In this document: positions 1 to 9,604 of the stretch, piece after piece
Layout of the letters: each line of letters opens with the position of its first letter
Numbering within the stretch: the stretch's first letter is position 1
Assembly (NCBI GenBank): GCA_963765895.1
Contig: CAVXZB010000075.1
Coordinates: forward strand, 1-23,393
From: an uncultured Nitrososphaeraceae archaeon
GTDB lineage: Archaea; Thermoproteota; Nitrososphaeria; Nitrososphaerales; Nitrososphaeraceae
Length of the DNA stretch: 23,393 bases
Direction: 5' to 3'
Translations under genes and position numbers: made by a program
Notes under the pieces: model-generated
What the model was told of the DNA's origin: nothing
What the model saw: only the letters and a program-made list of their open reading frames with translations
Database searches by the model: none

Positions 1-239
1 CTGCGAAGTTATTACAAATATTGAAGTAGAATATTGACACACACTTATTCCCTCGTCTGCTTTTGATAATTGGATTAATACTCATTTCTGAATCCGCTTT
101 GTTTACCTCTAAGTCTTAGGACTAGGTTGGGAGAGGTAAAGTGCTTTGCCAATATGGTTCGTATTTTCAGATTCCACTGGACATTCAACCTTGAGTTCTA
201 TTATATTTTCCTGTAGGCCACCTAATCTGTTCATATTCA

Positions 240-300
240 TTCTATGTATAGATATGCAGTGTGCCAATGTTCTATGTATAGCTATATACATTTATATATA
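240..300 (+). promoter_or_regulatory. Archaeal promoter with tandem palindromic operators
   Basis: TTCTATGTATAG at 240-251 and 270-281 (30-bp spacing; core CTAT-GT-ATAG is palindromic). TATA box TTTATATA at 291-298 lies about 25 bp before ATG 316. Confidence 0.65.
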
Positions 301-315
301 ATCCTTCTGCATATT

Positions 316-564
316 ATGAACAATAACATGAATAATCAGAGAGATTCGCAAGGGACTGTTATACACTGTCCAAATTCGAACTGTGATTACACATGGCGTT
401 ATTCGGGTAGGCTTTCTTTCTATGCCACCTGTCCGTCATGCAGAAGGAACATAAAGATCGCTGAAAATCAAATAAAACCACAACTGCAATCTGTACGGGT
501 TGGTAGCCATGGTCAGACTGCGGTTGAATCCAGTGCATTAGCACGAGGGCTAAGTGATGGATAG
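316..564 (+). CDS. Small zinc-ribbon protein
   Basis: CPNSNC...CPSC motif. Start moved from 244 to ATG 316 because of the TATA position. Confidence 0.75.
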   Translation: MNNNMNNQRDSQGTVIHCPNSNCDYTWRYSGRLSFYATCPSCRRNIKIAENQIKPQLQSVRVGSHGQTAVESSALARGLSDG

Positions 565-796
565 TGATAATACATCAAACCAACATAAAGATTTTTCTGC
601 TGTAATAATCAAGAAAAAGATACATAGAATATCTGACAAGAGCATCACAGTTATCGATGAAAGTCTAGTCAAGCAACTATCAATTGACGAAGATAGTTGG
701 TGTACTCAAGAGCAGGTTTCAAATGGTATCTTGCTCAAGATCTATCGATCTGTACAGGGAGACCAGCTTTCAAATCCCATCACCGAGCAGAGGTAA
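554..796 (+). CDS. AbrB/SpoVT-like swapped-hairpin DNA-binding protein
   Basis: KKIHRISDKSITVIDESLVKQLSIDEDSWCTQEQVSNGILLK fits the AbrB beta-beta-alpha-beta-beta pattern. Start overlaps the upstream stop. Confidence 0.6.
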   Translation: MMDSDNTSNQHKDFSAVIIKKKIHRISDKSITVIDESLVKQLSIDEDSWCTQEQVSNGILLKIYRSVQGDQLSNPITEQR

Positions 797-804
797 AAAA
801 GAAA

Positions 805-1341
805 TTGACTAGAAAGGATAGATCGTCAAAAGATAAAGATAACCACTTTCAACTGATGAAGAATCACGTCAATAAATCCAAAGCATTTACGAGTTCATCT
901 GTGTCAAAGAGGTGCAGGACCAGAACAAAAGCATGCGCAATTAAATACGTCACATTGAATAAGTGCTTTAGTCTTCCTGTTAGAAGACAGTTTAAAGTCA
1001 GTCAATGGAAACTTTACAGTCTTATTGATGAGATACACATCCAGTTAGACAGCAAGTTAATAGAGGATTGTAAAGACGACTTATGGAAGAAAAAATACAG
1101 AGAGCGCGCTAAAGTGTACATGCACGATCTATATGAAGTGGGCCGCGCAGAATTCATAATAGATCCCACAGATTTGCGTGAAGAAGCGAAATCAGTATTC
1201 TATAAATTAGATGATCACTCCGCAGAATATGTTATCAGAGAAGTTATCAATAGGATAATTGCTAGCATAAGTGTCCGGGACTTTAAGCTGAGGCTCAGAG
1301 ATATTATATGCTATAGTATAGGTGCGTCCAAAGATGGTTGA
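805..1341 (+). CDS. Hypothetical protein, paralogue of 1338..1712
   Basis: Part of ORF 697..1341. TTG 805 follows GAGGT (ATG 856 is an alternative start). C-terminal ~113 aa align with the next ORF. Confidence 0.65.
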   Translation: MTRKDRSSKDKDNHFQLMKNHVNKSKAFTSSSVSKRCRTRTKACAIKYVTLNKCFSLPVRRQFKVSQWKLYSLIDEIHIQLDSKLIEDCKDDLWKKKYRERAKVYMHDLYEVGRAEFIIDPTDLREEAKSVFYKLDDHSAEYVIREVINRIIASISVRDFKLRLRDIICYSIGASKDG

Positions 1342-1712
1342 AGCCAGGTACTGTCGAAGAGAAAACCAGAGTAGTGAAGGAAGCCTGGTCCACGGGAAGG
1401 CTTATCGATGAACTATTTTTGGAGCTCGACAATGTAAGGGAAATAGATGAAAAAAGCGGCACAACCAAAAGGAAATATGAAGAGCAGGCCAAGTGGCTAA
1501 TCTACAGAATACCAGTTTATAGGCCAGTACCAGCATTTGTCATAAATCTCTCAGATTTATCGACACGGATCAAGGAAGAACTAGCAGATTTGAACGATAC
1601 TACCCTGGATTATGTGTTGAAAGAGACTATAGGTAGAATATTTGAGGGTGTTGATCAACGCTATTTTAGATTAAGTGCAAAACGGTTCCTAAGATGGGAA
1701 ATTGGTAAATAG
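1338..1712 (+). CDS. Hypothetical helical protein, paralogue of upstream gene
   Basis: TTGA start/stop overlap. Shared W...LIDE...LD...KY.E.AK...F.I...DL...YV..E.I.RI...F.L...IG pattern. Confidence 0.75.
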   Translation: MKPGTVEEKTRVVKEAWSTGRLIDELFLELDNVREIDEKSGTTKRKYEEQAKWLIYRIPVYRPVPAFVINLSDLSTRIKEELADLNDTTLDYVLKETIGRIFEGVDQRYFRLSAKRFLRWEIGK

Positions 1713-1718
1713 GACACC

Positions 1719-4077
1719 ATGAATGATTCTGATAACTTAGTAGGTAAAAAGTCTGCAGTTACCAATACCGATTACCACGATAATCCCATATCTGGAGATG
1801 ACAAGGAATCACAGGAAGATCTAGGCACACAAAAAAATAATAGTTCAGCAAATGAGGGATCGCCTCAAGGGAAGAGCTCTGAACGTAATGAGAATAAGAA
1901 GTCGAAAAATAACAAGGGACCGGATGTCATAGCTATCTTAAAAACAAATATTGTAGAACTATTTGTAGATCAGTTAGGAGATCCTTACGCTGCAGTCAGA
2001 ATTAAAGATCATGTCAAAACCATTCCAATAAATTCAAGCAGATTTAGGGATTGGATTATCAAGACTTGTTATGATTACGGAAAGCAACTTCAAAGTGATG
2101 ACTTTGAAAATGAGCGCTCAATCCCAGTTTTAAGCAATGAGCAGGCGAGCAAAGTATCAAACGATTATTAAATTCGAAGCCGAAGAGCAGTGTAATGAGA
2201 GAAGACTCGAAATTCGCGTGGCTGGAAATGTAGATTTAAACGCGCCAGATGACAGTAACGAGATATATTATGATTTAAGTAACAAAGCTGGGGACATTGC
2301 TAAAGCAACTCGAAGTGGTTGGAAAATTATAAAACATGGATGCAAAGTAGGTGAAGAACAGTCCTCACGAATTATAGTATTCAAGCAATTTCGTAACCAG
2401 TTACCACAGGTATTGCCATCCAAGCAATATCCAGAAGATATTTCTGCGCAATTTTTAGATCTTATCAATATTCCTGCAGATGATATAGAGAACAGGATTC
2501 TTACTGAGGTATATTATATTAGCCTGTATTTTCCCTCCTGAATTCCAAAGCCTATCCTTGTTACTCATGGAGAGCAAGGCTCCGCGAAGTCTACCCTGCA
2601 TGAATTTATAAAAGAACTTGTTGATCCATGCGGCGCTCTTACCTTATCTTTTCCAAAAAGCGAGGAGACGTTACTGCAACAATTATCGCATAATTATGTA
2701 GCCTATTTTGATAATATTTCCAGTCTTGATTTATCAACATCCAACAATTTATGCAGAGCTGTCACTGGCAATGGGTTCTCAAAGAGGAGGCTCTACACAG
2801 ACGATGATGATTTCATTTATTCGTTTAGGAGGTGCGTAGGATTTAATGGCATAAATATAGCCGCTACAAGAGCAGATCTTTTGGAGAGGGTTTTTACTCT
2901 ACATCAAAAACGGATTTCAGAAGATAAGAGGCGGCCGATTGTAAGATTAAGAAAGCAGTATGAGACGATTAAACCGCAGCTTTTGGGCTTTATCTTTGAT
3001 GTTATAGTTAAGGTATTGAATAGAGTTGGCATTAAATTGACTAATTTACCACGAATGGCCGATTGGGCCCAGCTTGGCGAAATCATATCTAGATGTTTAG
3101 GATACCCAGATGGCGCATTTCTTAAAGCTTATCGTAACAACCTGGCAAAACAAAACGAGCACGCATTAGATACAAGTCAAGTTGCGCAAGCAATAATTAG
3201 ACTCATGCAAAAAAGAATGTCGGAAGGAGCTCATCTATCCGAGTGTTTAGGAGGTGTCTGTTACTTTAAAGGCTCTATGACCGGCCTACTAACGACATTA
3301 AAGGAAATTGCTGGCGGCGAGCTGGGATTAGATACCAAAGATAAAAGAAGATGGCCTCAGTCCCCACAAGCCTTAGGAAATAAACTTACTGAAGCTGCTA
3401 CTAACCTAAGAGAGATCGGGATAGTAATAGAGCGGCCTGAAAATAAGGCAAGTCATTCTAAGGATGTCCTGTTGATAAAGCAAAACGTCACTGACGGGGA
3501 ACCGGGGAACTTGCCATTGGAAAGTTTCCCGCATAGTTTCCCGTTGGAAAAGACGCAGATTCACGCTCAAACTGAGCATAAAACGGGAAACGGGAAACTC
3601 TGGGACTTTCCTTCATCTGCTGAAGAAAAAAATGATAATGAAGGATCATCTATTCCCCTAGAGGTACCAACAAGTTCCCCGACTTTCCCGAGTCCCCGTT
3701 CTGGTGAAAATCACGCTCAATTCGCTAGCGATACCAACGGGAAACCTGACGGGGAAGTCGAAGGGTACGCGAGTTCATGTTCCCCGTTACACAACGCTTC
3801 GTTATCAAATACAAACAGCGAGGCAACCAAAGTCATCTCTATAACCGACTTCTTTTATGATGATCCAACTATGCCTTACGTAGCGCTACCAGATCATAAA
3901 TTGGACCAGAGTCCATGCTGTCCTATTATAGCTATAAAGAATGGATACTATTACTGTAGGTTGCATCCTGAAATAAAGAATACACATCTGGAATCCATAG
4001 AGCATCATATCAAGTACAAAGATCCAGCGACGCATAAATCAGAGTTATTAAAATTGCCCAAACTTACTCATAACTAG
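1719..4077 (+). pseudogene. SF3-type replicative helicase/ATPase of a mobile element with a C-terminal Cys/His (putative Zn-binding) motif; disrupted
   Basis: Joins ORFs 1719..2171, 2137..2541 and 2881..4077 via a frameshift near 2157 and an in-frame TGA at 2539-2541. Read-through gives Walker A THGEQGSAKST, Walker B YFDN, GFNGIN and DLLER. C-terminus reads CCPII...YYCRLHP...IEHHIKY. Confidence 0.85.
3495..3786. repeat. Iteron-like array (CGGGRAA / TTYCCCG) with two TCACGCTCAA cores; candidate origin inside the helicase ORF
   Basis: Motif at 3495, 3503, 3525, 3537, 3584, 3591, 3675, 3684, 3692 (variant), 3738, 3750 and 3780 in both orientations. TCACGCTCAA at 3561 and 3711. Confidence 0.75.
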
Positions 4078-4662
4078 CTGATCCTATTGATAGGTAAAAC
4101 TATCAGGATTTGATGAACTTAGCAGAATTGCCTATTCTATAGACTTATATCTATAGATAGTAGCAATTAGTCGATGCGAATCAACATATTTAATCATGCA
4201 ATAAGTTTAACACATCGGACAGCATCAGATTTCTTAACACGTCCATCATAATATCCCGGAAATAACTTTATAATAAGATAGGAGTGATGCCAGGTATTAA
4301 ATATTATCAAAAATGCTACGATCTAGGTGTAAACCGACGTCCCAGGATGGTGATAAAATTTATGTATGCTGAATATCATGAGGCGCATTCTAATCAGATT
4401 GTAGGTATATAGCAGAGTATGTTATCCCTAATCTAAAACATATGCTGTATCGTAATTTCCATCAGATCCCGAAGAACTAAATTGGAATAAACGGCGTATA
4501 ATACAGATGTGCGTACGTCAGATAATAAGCATTCCCTAAAAGTGATATTTGATGTATAGGCCGACTTCCAACACGAAGCTGTGTATTTCTCATGAGGTGC
4601 GCGCAGCTGGCTAAATATGCCTATATGGTCTATAGAATCAATAGACAAGAACTGTTTAGCCT

Positions 4663-5325
4663 GACCTATGGTATCCATATCTTTGGATGCATGGTGGTGA
4701 AATACTGAACACGAAGTCTGGACATCAGACAAAATAGAGTTACTGGTTTCCTGCCTTTAATATTACAGAACGTGTAAGGGCTATGAATTTTATCAAACAG
4801 CAGATCCATGCGGTCATAAAACCACAGAAAAATCATTTTTGGGGCCAGGAATTTCTTGACAGGAAGTTTGTAGTCATGATTGAAGGATCATGGCTACCTG
4901 TAACACTTCTTCAAAGGCAGTTCGAGAAATCCTTTGAACATAGGATTGGTTTTATACCAATGCTATCGGTGCCATATAAAAATAATCAAACTTCATCGTT
5001 GATGTGAGGCTATGCATTAGGCATACCTAAGGCTTCCACACATAAGGATCTCGCATGGAAGCTGATTGAACTAAAACCTGAGATATTTGGCTCTTATCTT
5101 ACCCAAACAAAAGTATTGCCGACTCAAAATCCATGGGAACAAATGATTTATTAAATTTGACAGCTTCATCTTATCCATATTATAGATAACTAGTCTCTAT
5201 GATCCCGTTTGCAGGAACAAATGATTTATTAAATTTGACAGCTTCATCTTATCCATATTATAGATAACTAGTCTCTATGATCCCGTTTGCAGGAACACGA
5301 CCATCAATTCCTGATTATCCTCAAT
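4663..5325 (+). pseudogene. Sugar ABC transporter solute-binding protein relic (C-terminal half)
   Basis: DLWYPYLWMHGGEIL...*SYWFPAFN...HFWGQEFLDRKFVVMIEGSWLP...HKDLAWKLIEL...RPSIPDYPQ, with several stops and indels. Aligns with 15035..15580. Confidence 0.85.
5136..5297 (+). repeat. Perfect 78-bp tandem duplication bounded by GGAACA microhomology
   Basis: 5136-5213 is identical to 5214-5291. GGAACA occurs at 5136, 5214 and 5292. Confidence 0.95.
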
Positions 5326-5385
5326 TTCGTTTATAATAATCCAATTATGCCATCTGTACCGCTTCCAGAACATGACTTAAGTAAG
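5326..5385 (+). pseudogene. Short relic of a paralogue of the helicase C-terminal region
   Basis: FVYNNPIMPSVPLPEHDL versus FFYDDPTMPYVALPDHKL (3850-3903); 41/54 nt identical by hand count. Confidence 0.7.
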
Positions 5386-5697
5386 CCACTACTCATATTG
5401 CCTGTTAACTAATCCTACCCGGTACTTATTTCAACTTATATAGTCAATTACAATAAAGTAAAATTATGCGCCTAACAAGCTTCACTCGCGAAAACATGTT
5501 TGAGCGCCGCACAAATCGCCGAAAGTGCCAACTACCCAAGGAATCTTGTTTGTGAGAATTTGTTTTAAAGCCATATCTGGTATAATATTTTGGTGATCCT
5601 GATGAAGGAATAATCAGCCGAATACAGTAACATTGCTGCGATCCTATCTTGTAACAAACAGCAAATAATATCTATAACTATACCCTTATTTCGAACT

Positions 5698-5970
5698 ATG
5701 AATCCAGAGCATCCAGTACCGCTACGAAAGCAGACGATATATGCGGTGATACCTGTTCTCAACTTATGGGCCTCTCATCGAATCAAACGATTAGGAAAGT
5801 TTGTACTACTTTTGATTGTTATCTTTGTAATCGACCTTGTTGTTAGGCTTTTTATTCCTTTTCCATACGATTTACCAATAGAAATAGCGATTTACGTATT
5901 TTTAGTTTATCACTATATGAAACGGTGGACGATAGAGTGGAACAATAAATTCTCTTCTTCTACTGGTTAG
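5698..5970 (+). CDS. Small membrane protein (2-3 TM)
   Basis: 90 aa with hydrophobic stretches FVLLLIVIFVIDLVV and IEIAIYVFLVYHY. Confidence 0.6.
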   Translation: MNPEHPVPLRKQTIYAVIPVLNLWASHRIKRLGKFVLLLIVIFVIDLVVRLFIPFPYDLPIEIAIYVFLVYHYMKRWTIEWNNKFSSSTG

Positions 5971-6487
5971 CCACATCAAATATGATTCTCCATGGGCTTA
6001 AAATGGGAAAAGGCTCTGTCTCTTCAAAGAGCAAGTCAATTTCCGCGTGTAAATGTTTGATCCATTTAGAATCAATATACCATGATAACCCTGTGATTAC
6101 AATCATGTAAATCACAAAGGCAGATAAAGAAATATTATTCTGACTACTAGATGAGAAACTATAGTAAAAAATATTTGAGGATGAAGACTTTCACCAATAA
6201 ACAAATCAGCCTGCTAATTTGTTCTATAATTCAAAACAAAAATCCAAAAATAAGTAACCTAATGCGCGGTAATAACTAGCATAGATGAATACCAGTCGGC
6301 TGTTAATTTATATGCCATAGCACTCATCAGATTGCCTGATTTTATATTAGAGTCTGCCTGTTCCTGTTCTTCTTTGATTTTCTGAATGAAATATTCACGT
6401 TGACGTATTTGTTTTGCTTAAATATATCGTCGATTGTTTTTTGAAATTTGCTTAAGTCAGTAGAAATTTTTTCATTAAGATATAATA
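5960..6487 (-). pseudogene. Probable degraded membrane-protein gene downstream of 6488..7009
   Basis: Protein-like segments in successive frames: LNEKISTDLSKFQKTIDDIF / KQIRQREYFIQKIKEEQEQADSNIKSG...WYSSML / ISLSAFVIYMIVITGLSWYIDSKWIKHLHAEIDLLFEE. Confidence 0.4.
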
Positions 6488-7009
6488 TTATTCCAGTTGC
6501 CTAACAGCCTCTTGAAGTTTTTGTTCGTCTACCCCTTGATATAGCATTATTTGTTCAAGCGTCGCACCTGTCTTATTCCTGATAGCTGATTCAGGATTGA
6601 GAACTGAGATACTATGTATATGTAAATCGTTCATATACCTAAGCCACTTAGCGAGCTCTTTTTTTAGCTCTTCTGTTGGTTCTTCCCTGATGCTGGCAAG
6701 TATGGCTCGCAGCTGGTTAAATCCAATTATTAGTTGCAACCTTATTGATATACATTTTTCCTTTAATCCAGGCATCTCTTTCATATCAGATATTGCAATA
6801 CACAAATGATACTGCGTATCATCTAGTGTTACTGCCGTTTCAGGAACTTGAACAAGTTCTTTTATAACATTTGAATAATTTGCCACATTTATTTTAAAGT
6901 CTCCTGCTTCTACACCTGCAGATAAATTAATTTCATTTCCAGTTCTTTTGACTAGCTTTTCGCACTTTCTTCCCCTTATCTTCTCTACCGCAGCGTGCAA
7001 TAAACTCAA
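6488..7009 (-). CDS. Hypothetical protein (173 aa) divergent from the caspase gene
   Basis: Intact ORF with a TATA-like TATTTAATA about 25-33 bp upstream on the minus strand. N-terminal beta-like segment, then helices. Confidence 0.8.
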   Translation of the reverse strand: MSLLHAAVEKIRGRKCEKLVKRTGNEINLSAGVEAGDFKINVANYSNVIKELVQVPETAVTLDDTQYHLCIAISDMKEMPGLKEKCISIRLQLIIGFNQLRAILASIREEPTEELKKELAKWLRYMNDLHIHSISVLNPESAIRNKTGATLEQIMLYQGVDEQKLQEAVRQLE

Positions 7010-7107
7010 TAAAAGTAATAAATGAATTGCATTATTAAATATTGACGATATTTATCGCAAATTGTATGAGTAATCTTTAACTGTGTATTGATTTAATAGT
7101 AAGCTAA

Positions 7108-9604
7108 TTGGCTGGAGAAGTTGGCGGCAGCCTGTATCAAGGGAAAAAGAGGGCACTTATAATTAGCATTAGCCAGTACGATAAGCTTGAGCCTTTAGAA
7201 TTCTGTGAAAAAGATGGGAATAGGATGTACGAAGTTTTAAAGCAACTTGATTACGATATTCCATTAAAGTACAGATTGATAGGAGGTAAGATAGAGTATA
7301 ATAGGATACGAGATTCGATATTAGATTTCTTTTCGGATCCTGTTATACATCCCAGAGATACGATACTCCTTTATTTCTCTGGGCATGGGGTATTAGGAGA
7401 TGATGGAGAACATTATCTCTCTACATCTGAGATAGATCCAGATAAGCCTCGTAAGCGAGGCTTTCCATTTGATGATCTGTCAAAGGCCAGAGAAGACTGC
7501 AATTCAAAAACAATATTTACAATTTTAGATTGTTGTTATGCTGGGGCAGGCAAGCCCAAGAGGGAAAGGTGAGGACGAGTCTGCCAATGAAGCAAAAAAC
7601 CTCATTGAAAATAAGTCAAAATTACTGGGTGAAGGAAACTGCATTTTAACTGCTTGTAAACCTATGCAAAAGGCATATGAATACAAAGAACATGGTCATA
7701 GTTTCTTTACTTTTTATTTAGCTGAGGCTTTAGATAAAGGAGAGTGTGTCGACAAAGACGGTGACATCACACCAGAATTAGTAAGTAGATATATCGATTA
7801 TAGAATTAGGACCTTGCCAGAAAAATTAAGACCAAAGCAAACGCCACTCCTAGATTGTCGAACTGCAGGTAAAATCATACTTGCACACTATTCAAAAGTT
7901 ACAGAGCCAGAATCAGTCAATGATGATCAAGAAGAAAAAGAATCAAAAAAGGACTTTCTGTTAAGGCTACTCTTAGACGGTAAAGTCGAGGAATTTAACA
8001 AAAAACGTAAGGAAGAAGATATGCCGCCTTATCTTCGTAAAATAAACCTTAGTGGAAAAAATCTAATAGGAGTAGATCTACATGAGGCAAACCTTACTGA
8101 AGCCAAATTAAATAATGCAAAACTCATCGGAGCAAATCTAACTGCAGCTAACCTTAAGAATTCGGATCTCAGCGGAGCTAACCTTAAAAGTGCAGATCTT
8201 TACGGAGCTAACCTTTCCGGAGCTAACCTTTCCGGAGCAGATCTGAGAAGCGCGGATTTAAAGGGAATGATAGACTTTTCCGGAGCAAACCTTACTAGGG
8301 CAGACGTTAGAGGAGTAGACCTTAATGGTATGGTAAATTTCGCAGGTGCAACACTTTATGACGTAGACTTCTCTGGATCTGTTACTGATAATGTGTTGAT
8401 AAATCTAGCAGGTGCAGATGTTCATAATGTGAGAGGTTTGCGTGTTTTGCGGGAACATAATCAATATCTAGAAGCTCTAAAGTCTTTTTCTGAAGATGTT
8501 AATCAGCAATCTAAAGCTTACAATACACCGACAGAACAAGTAAAATCAATAGAAGAGAGCGTGAAAGGACTTGTAACAGAGGTTGAAGGTATAGGGGACA
8601 AAGAAGATCTTAGTTTTATAGAGAAACAGAGCCTTCAAACGAAATTGGCCTTGGCGATAGAGAAAATTTTAAGAGTTCTTCCAAAGACGTCCCAAAGTGA
8701 AGAAGTATTCACTTCCTTAACACCCTTTAGCAAATTAATTGGGAAAAGTATCGACGAATTAGTATCAAATACACTAAAGACACAGAAAGAACAAGATAGT
8801 TTAGCTACCAATTTTGATCAACACATAACATCACCGAAGGAGGAAGTTCCCTTCACTTACAACCCATCGACCAAAATGATGACAGTAACGATGGATACAA
8901 CAGACATAAACGTAAATGAAGCTCGAGAATGGGTTGATGAACTTCAAATGGTATGCGCCGATCTGGAGATTAAAGATGTGAATATATCCGGGAATAAAAT
9001 TTCGTTTAAAGCAGGATTTTCAGGAATGGAGGATACCGAGCCTGTCGACATATCTACCAGGATTAACGAGTATCTAACTACAAATGAAGCATTTCAAGTT
9101 ACAAACATATCTATAAACGATGGTGTTGAACAGTACAATTTTCATCAAGATAGTAAGGGTAGCTATAAGACAAACGATGCTGTAGAATGGAATAATAAAG
9201 GTCGTGCCCTAGATGAGTCAGGAAAGTATAAAGAAGCTATTAAATGCTATGACAAAGCTCTAGAAATAGATCCGAATTATAAGTATGCGCTGAATAATAA
9301 AGGTCGTGCCCTCGATAAGTTAGGGAGGTATAAAGAAGCTATTAAATGCTATGACAAAGCTCTAGAAATAGATCCGAATTATATTCGTGTGTGGAATAGC
9401 AAAGGTCGTGCTTTCTATATACTAGAGAAATATAAAGAAGCTATTAAATGCTATGACAAAGCTCTAGAAATAGATCCGAATTATATTGATGCGTTGAATG
9501 ATAAAGATTTAGCTGTTGATAAGTTAGAAAAATGGAAGAATGTAAAAAAATATTACGGCAAAGCAAAACAACGACTTGGCTTTGATCCTAGTGAGACCAG
9601 ATAA
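7108..9604 (+). CDS. Caspase-like protease (peptidase C14) fused to pentapeptide repeats, a helical domain, an acidic alpha/beta domain and TPRs; one frameshift near 7545-7570
   Basis: KKRALII, catalytic YFSGHG and LDCCYAG in 7108..7572. The small-subunit half (ILTACKPMQKAYE...SFFTFYLAEAL...PKQTP), A(N/D)LxG repeats and three TPRs (WNNKGRAL...YKEAIKCYDKALEIDPNY) are in 7538..9604. Confidence 0.9.
9227..9485 (+). repeat. 102-bp TPR units with a 55-bp identical block
   Basis: TATAAAGAAG...GAATTATA is identical at 9227-9281, 9329-9383 and 9431-9485. Confidence 0.95.

Larger units (their letters stand above)
240..4077 (+). mobile_element. Regulatory/replication module of an integrated plasmid- or virus-like element (degraded; ends not defined)
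   Basis: Co-oriented, closely spaced operon of small DNA-binding genes followed by an SF3-type helicase with embedded iterons. No integrase or att site in the window. Confidence 0.7.

Noticed and set aside
244-315. N-terminal extension of ORF 244..564
   Set aside because: It runs through the operator repeats and TATA box. ATG 316 (or 328) is the more plausible start.
766-790. TTCAAATCCC resembling a tRNA T-loop or att site
   Set aside because: No T-stem or acceptor-stem pairing and no second copy in the window.
6488-7009. Gasdermin next to the caspase-like protease
   Set aside because: Shorter than typical bacterial gasdermins and mostly helical. I see no gasdermin-like beta pattern, though only a structure search can exclude it.
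9227-9485. Regularly spaced identical repeats resembling a CRISPR array
   Set aside because: Period of 102 bp equals 34 codons within an ORF, the intervening parts are homologous, and no cas genes are present. These are TPRs.
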